From Eledone cirrhosa (Eukaryota): a stretch of DNA of 64,000 bases. The translations under genes were made by a program, and so were the position numbers. The notes under the pieces are model-generated. The model did no database searches. It saw nothing but the letters and a program-made list of their open reading frames with translations, and was not told where the DNA came from. The stretch covers positions 108,624,001 to 108,688,000 of the forward strand of contig OZ024743.1 in assembly GCA_964016885.1 (NCBI GenBank), given 5' to 3'. The first letter of the stretch is position 1. The number at the start of each line of letters is the position of its first letter. Shown one piece after another: positions 53,221 through 64,000 of this stretch.

Positions 53221-53797
53221 GGGTGTGTATATATAGATATGTGTGTCTGTGTGTGTCTGTCTATACAATAAAATTAGATCTATATTATAAATGGTATTAT
53301 GTTTATTATTAATCTAACCTGATACAACTAAGGAAACCACCGTTATTATTATTGGAATTACTAATAATAAAATCAATAATAATATTACTACAAATAATAA
53401 TTTCATCATGATAAAAATTACAATGAAACTTTTAAGGATATTACCGTATAATTTAGTATAAACAATAAAATACAAACAAGGAGAACAAAATTATATCTAT
53501 ATAATAATTATAAACGTAGTTCAAATATTAACTACTAGGTAGAATAAGTAAAATCTGTCGGAAATATTGACTATTAGTACAAGTAATAAAGTCAAGAGGA
53601 AAAAAAATTAAAGCTATAAGATATCGAATATACGTTTTTAGAAAAAAACTAAAATTGAAAGAGAAACATCCACATCGACAGCAGCCTCCATCATAGTGCC
53701 AACGTGATATAAAAACAAGAAAAAATAAGTATTATAGCTTTCAGTGTTACTGTATGCTAATAAAATATATTTATCTAGCTTAAATAATTAAATTAAC

Positions 53798-56770
<2,973 letters not shown>

Positions 56771-57905
56771 TTATGTGCTTACATACACGCAGCCATGCGA
56801 GGGAATTGAGGAACAATTCTTGATTCTCCTAACATATGATAAAAAAGATGCCTCAGTAGTTCTGTTAAATCTCTATATTTTACATTTTGTTCCTTTTGTG
56901 TCCAGATCTCATGAACTTTTTTCCATCCGATATAAGAAAACAAAAGAAAAAACTTTATGGTCATGAGGATGATGATGATAATGAAGATGATCAAAATTAT
57001 AGTGATAATGAACATGATTATTATGACGATGATGGTGTAAATCATTGATCATTTTGATAAAAATAAATATATGGTTACATGATGGAGTTCATTATGATGA
57101 CGACGATTATTATGACAATGATAATGACGATATTGATGACAATGAAGATGGCGGTGATTGAATGATGATGCTGAAGTTGATTATAAAAAAAAAATGATTA
57201 TTGTGACAAGGCGCATCCATATTATATAAGATATTCAGGGTAGAGTTATTATGATGAAAGATATAAGATGGCACGAATAAGATGAAACATACATAAAACA
57301 TTTTTTTTCAATTAAAACAAATTTAAGGAGGAAAAGAAAAGAGTGAAAGAAAAATAAAGAATTAAGCCTTAATTCATAATGTTGGGATTTCTGAAACCCA
57401 AACATGTTTGGTTGGTTCACAAAAAATAAAAATAAAAATTATAATGAAAAATGATTTTTTTAATCTGTGGAAACGAAGGAAAGATAAATAAAATACATGG
57501 TTACTTTTGATGGAATCTATGTGTGCCGTCGTTGGTATGTTATCAAATGTTTGACAAATATTCACAGGTGCTTGTATGTATAAATGTGCCGAAATTCTAT
57601 CTATTCTTTTTATTTTTGTATTTCTTTCGTATGCGTGTGTGTGTGCATTCGTGAGCTTCGTTATATAGTGCACATTTAATATGAAACGAGAAAGAAAACC
57701 AAAGCAAAAAATATATTTAAAAAAAAAGACTATTAAGAATAAAAATATGATTCCATTTTTTTTTTTTTTTTATTATGTAAGAGGGAATCTAAGAAAAGGA
57801 GTGCTAGAAACCTAATATTTATACTAATGTTAACAATGTCAAAATAAATTATAACAATAATATCAGTCAAATTAAAAAATGATAATAAAAATGAACAACA
57901 ACAAC

Positions 57906-57953
<48 letters not shown>

Positions 57954-58203
57954 GATAACAACAGAGAAGACAGTTGCAATTACACCTACAGTACTAAAAA
58001 TGAGAAACATGGAGGGAAATTGAAAAAGAGCAAATAGAGGAATTTGTTATGTTAAAACATATCATGTACACAACGATTAGAATATATAGACACCATGTAG
58101 ACTAATTAATACAGGCTTACAAACTAATACACTTACACATAAATTATTATTGTATATATATGGATATATAAATATATATATATGCATATATACACATATA
58201 TAT

Positions 58204-58241
<38 letters not shown>

Positions 58242-58643
58242 CAGAAATAGCCGTGGTAACGGCTTGAGCTCTGCCGTCGGGGTCCTGACCCTTTTCCCAT
58301 ATATATATATAATATTTGTATAAGCTTGTTTATATACGTATGTGTGTGTGTGTATGAATCTGTGAATATGCGTTTGCTACTTTGCATCTGAAAACACAAT
58401 GTTCACAATTTCTGCGAGACAAAAGATTTGCAAATATAAGTGAAATGAAGAAACATGTTTTCCCATTCAACGAAACTTTCTATGGGACCTTTTAAAATAT
58501 TCCTGGAATGCATGTAATTTCTCAGTCTCTCGAAATAATTTTCCATTCCCTCTCTCTCTCTCTGTATGTCACCCACAGACATACATACGCACACACTCAT
58601 GCACACATGCACATACACCTATATATATATATGTAAGTATACC

Positions 58644-58707
<64 letters not shown>

Positions 58708-59318
58708 GTCAATCAATCAATGTTAATCACAGCTGGAATTTCATATTTTATTTCATGTTTTAATATTTTCTCAAGTCCTTTCATGTTTCTTCCTCCTCTA
58801 CGTATTCATATCCTGTTAGCTAATGTGGGGACATTCATGATCACCTGAAGAACGACCCAGAAAATATGACAGAATTTCTGAAAATGTCAAATAGCAAATG
58901 TGCGGAAATGTAATAGACTTATATGATATCTGTGCACAATTCTAGAAATTGTGAACCCACACACACACACACACACATACACACACGCACACGCACATGC
59001 GCACACATATCACCACGCACTTACATACATATATATAAGTATATGTCACGCATTACACATATTCTTAGAAATTGTCGGGTTATATCAACATAACTTCTAT
59101 TCGGTAACTCTCATCGAGCCAACATCTTTTCACCTCTGTTGACGTTTAGTGAATACGTCATCTTTTGAATCACCCCGGGCATGTTATCACAATAGCAATA
59201 GAGTATGTTTCACAATTCACTATTTTAACATATAGTCCTTTAACATATCTTTCTAGGTTACTACTATCACCTCAGCATAAGATTATTTATATATCTATAT
59301 ATAAGTACACACTCAGAC

Positions 59319-59483
<165 letters not shown>

Positions 59484-59681
59484 GAGAGAGAGATATGGTT
59501 TTTTCATTGTTTCTGGTATTGTGTGGCTAGCTCTGCCTGCCGCAATTTTCAATTTGTCAAGCTGTCTAAACGTATGTTATTACTCTAAGGGCCTACCTTA
59601 TTGAGTGCTTTGCTGTTCATTCCTAATTGTAGGTCGTTAGCTTGACCACAGCCAGAGCTTCGATTTTACTAAGCTTCCACT

Positions 59682-59747
<66 letters not shown>

Positions 59748-59759
59748 CATATTTATACA

Positions 59760-59805
<46 letters not shown>

Positions 59806-59810
59806 CATGC

Positions 59811-59845
<35 letters not shown>

Positions 59846-60134
59846 AGTGTATTTGTGTATATTAGTGAGTGTCAGTGTGTCTCTGCCAATGTTGTTTCAA
59901 TTTTGCTTTCGCAAAGAATCTATTTTCCTCTCTCTTAGCAATAATGTTTAAATATTTTGACTTAAAATGTCGCAAATGTTTCATTTAAATTTATGCATGT
60001 CATTCATGAAATAGAATGATATATTCCAGGCTGATTTGCCATTACATTATATTCGATAATTCGTTGTTTTATCACTTTAGTGAAAATGGTATACATGAAA
60101 ATGAGGATAATTACGAATATTCATTTTTAGTTGT

Positions 60135-60280
60135 CGGTGAATTGGCAGAATCATTAAAATGTCGGAAGGAATGTATTGCAATATTCGTTCCGGTTCACTG
60201 TGCATGTAATGTGTAAATTCCATCAAGGTCAACATTGCTTCTCTTCATTTTGAGACCGATAAAAACGTACTGGTGTCAAT
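60135..60280 (+). mobile_element. Old, diverged tRNA-derived SINE
   Basis: cggtgaattggcagaatc...aaattccatcaaggtcaacattgctt...ccgataaaaacgtactgg matches the SINE consensus loosely. Confidence 0.55.
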
Positions 60281-61254
60281 TATTTCACTATATGTCTTCT
60301 TTACTTCCTTTCTCTTAATTTCTCTGTCTATTGCACTCTTCCTCTCCCTCTCTTGAAGAAATCGGCTGTGTTTAGACTTGGTGAGGGGAAGGGCTACGCC
60401 AGATTTAAAATACCAAAGACATGCTGTATGCCAGACGGCGTGACTGCAACTCTATGAAGAGTTACCTGTCTATACATAGACACTTTTTTATGTTTCGTAC
60501 GTTAGGCTGTTGTGCTGAAGTATGCCCATTTTAGCGTTTTTTGAAACATATCATTTTCAAATGATACTAGTTAAATAATCAATTCAGGACTTCACCTGTT
60601 GTGCTTCATTCCTGGGAAGATTTGATATTATATGTAGAAGATTAGCGACAACCTGGAGCTGACTTCGATGTATAGTTATTTGTGAATGGGTCTTTGGGCA
60701 TTTCTTTTTTTAAACTTTATCAAATTCAGTACAGGCGCGTGTCTTAGGTTTTGAGGGTGCTTGACTCACGATCTGCACGACGAATTCTTGAGGGAGAACA
60801 CTCCATTTCACGTTGCTAAAAGACACCAGCAAAATTGGGCACTATCAGTCATTCAAAGGGTCAGGTTTATAAAACAGTATGTCAGGGTGCATCACCCTGC
60901 GAATCACGTTAAGGGAAAACGTGTCTCTGAAACGCTCAGGCAAGTGCAAGTTAATATCACGAGCAGTTCACTTGATCAAACAAAGAGAATACACAACACA
61001 TCTATTACCAAATACTCAATGAAGTAATATGTGAAGGTATCAAATAGATCATCACATTACATACAACTGAGACGCGGATCAAGAATAAAGAAAACAGATG
61101 TAGCTCAAATGTGTACAATATATGTAAGGTTCAACGATTGAACTCTAGTGGAGATAATTAAATTTATAATGATTACCAACGTTTATATCATGCAGAACAA
61201 CATATTAGTTGACTTGTTCTGAAGATTAAGACATATGCATGTCTACATGAAAAC

Positions 61255-62955
<1,701 letters not shown>

Positions 62956-63387
62956 CGTCAAAGTCTCATCAAATCAGAGGTGTAGAAATAAATATCAATT
63001 GTTCACGACGAAAATTCCAGTGCTCTTTCTTCCATTCCGTTCTGCTGCCTTCCTTACAGATGCAGTTTTAAACCCTTACCTCAAGCCGCCAACTACACCT
63101 TAAAGCCAAATCATATGTACAGGACGAGTGTACACATTTCGGATGTCACTTGTGTGCTTAGTAAAGGCATGTATGTTGCACCGGTGAATAAAATGTTCTA
63201 TATCATATATACACACATATTATGACAGTTCCACTTTATTACACACAAAATACATATATATGTAGGTATATACCATCACAAATATATATATACTTACGGA
63301 TAAAAAACGTAAAAGAACACAATGATATATATATATATACCTATATGTATAGACACTCACACACACACACTCACCCATACACACACG

Positions 63388-63420
<33 letters not shown>

Positions 63421-63695
63421 TGGTTTACGAAGCTAGATGTATATATTAATAAATATATCATGTCATAAGCACACAGCCTTTGTATTTAATGAAGTAAATT
63501 TTGTGTTAAAAAAAAGTATCTGATTAATTACCAGTTAAATTGTAAATATTTAATATATGGCACCGAACTGCAATTGATCAGAAAACGTCGCTCCATTACG
63601 CATACACAATGACGAACATAAATATATAGATATAAATTTACGTACACACATTTACATGAATACTCACATACACATTCATATATGTATGTATGTAT

Positions 63696-63786
<91 letters not shown>

Positions 63787-63794
63787 TATGGATG

Positions 63795-63854
<60 letters not shown>

Positions 63855-64000
63855 AAATAAGATGTCGCTTCAGGCATAGCTCTATACAATATATATAGAC
63901 ATTTCGTATTTCTAAAGAAATACGGTTTTAGGAAGCAGTAGCTAATACTCTCAGGTGGTGTCAGGCTTGACTGGCCTTCGTCAGGACATCCTTCCCACCG

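Noticed and set aside
63950-64000. Minus-strand CTGACGA-aggc...gcct-GACAC hammerhead-like motif
   Set aside because: The GAAA box is mutated, stems I and III are not evident, and the context is cut by the window edge.

Overview
AT-rich, microsatellite-saturated animal genomic DNA. The repeat inventory ((TA)n/(CA)n/(TAA)n tracts, tRNA-derived SINEs, CORE-type SINEs, RTE, Tx1/L1, R4/Dong-type RLE LINEs, Penelope-like elements) suggests an octopus or other coleoid cephalopod (inference). Almost all ORFs in the supplied track are microsatellite artefacts. Five AG/GT-bounded + strand exons (21336-21410, 35911-36060, 46159-46259, 48000-48111, 51016-51218), mostly missed by the ORF track, splice in phase into the C-terminal ~213 aa of a Cys-rich protein with a hydrophobic C-terminal tail. 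Its 5' exons were not found. The introns and flanks carry a near-full-length decayed RLE-type LINE, five short copies of a second (TAA)n-associated RLE family, two GIY-YIG Penelope-like remnants and about a dozen copies of one SINE. The most unusual items are: repeated hammerhead-ribozyme-like motifs with a shared non-canonical core; fold-back palindromes whose junctions fall inside hammerhead-like cores; a tRNA-SINE head/5S rRNA/SINE-tail chimera; two RLE copies with an identical 5' breakpoint; and a tandem duplication of a splice donor in which the copy is inactivated.
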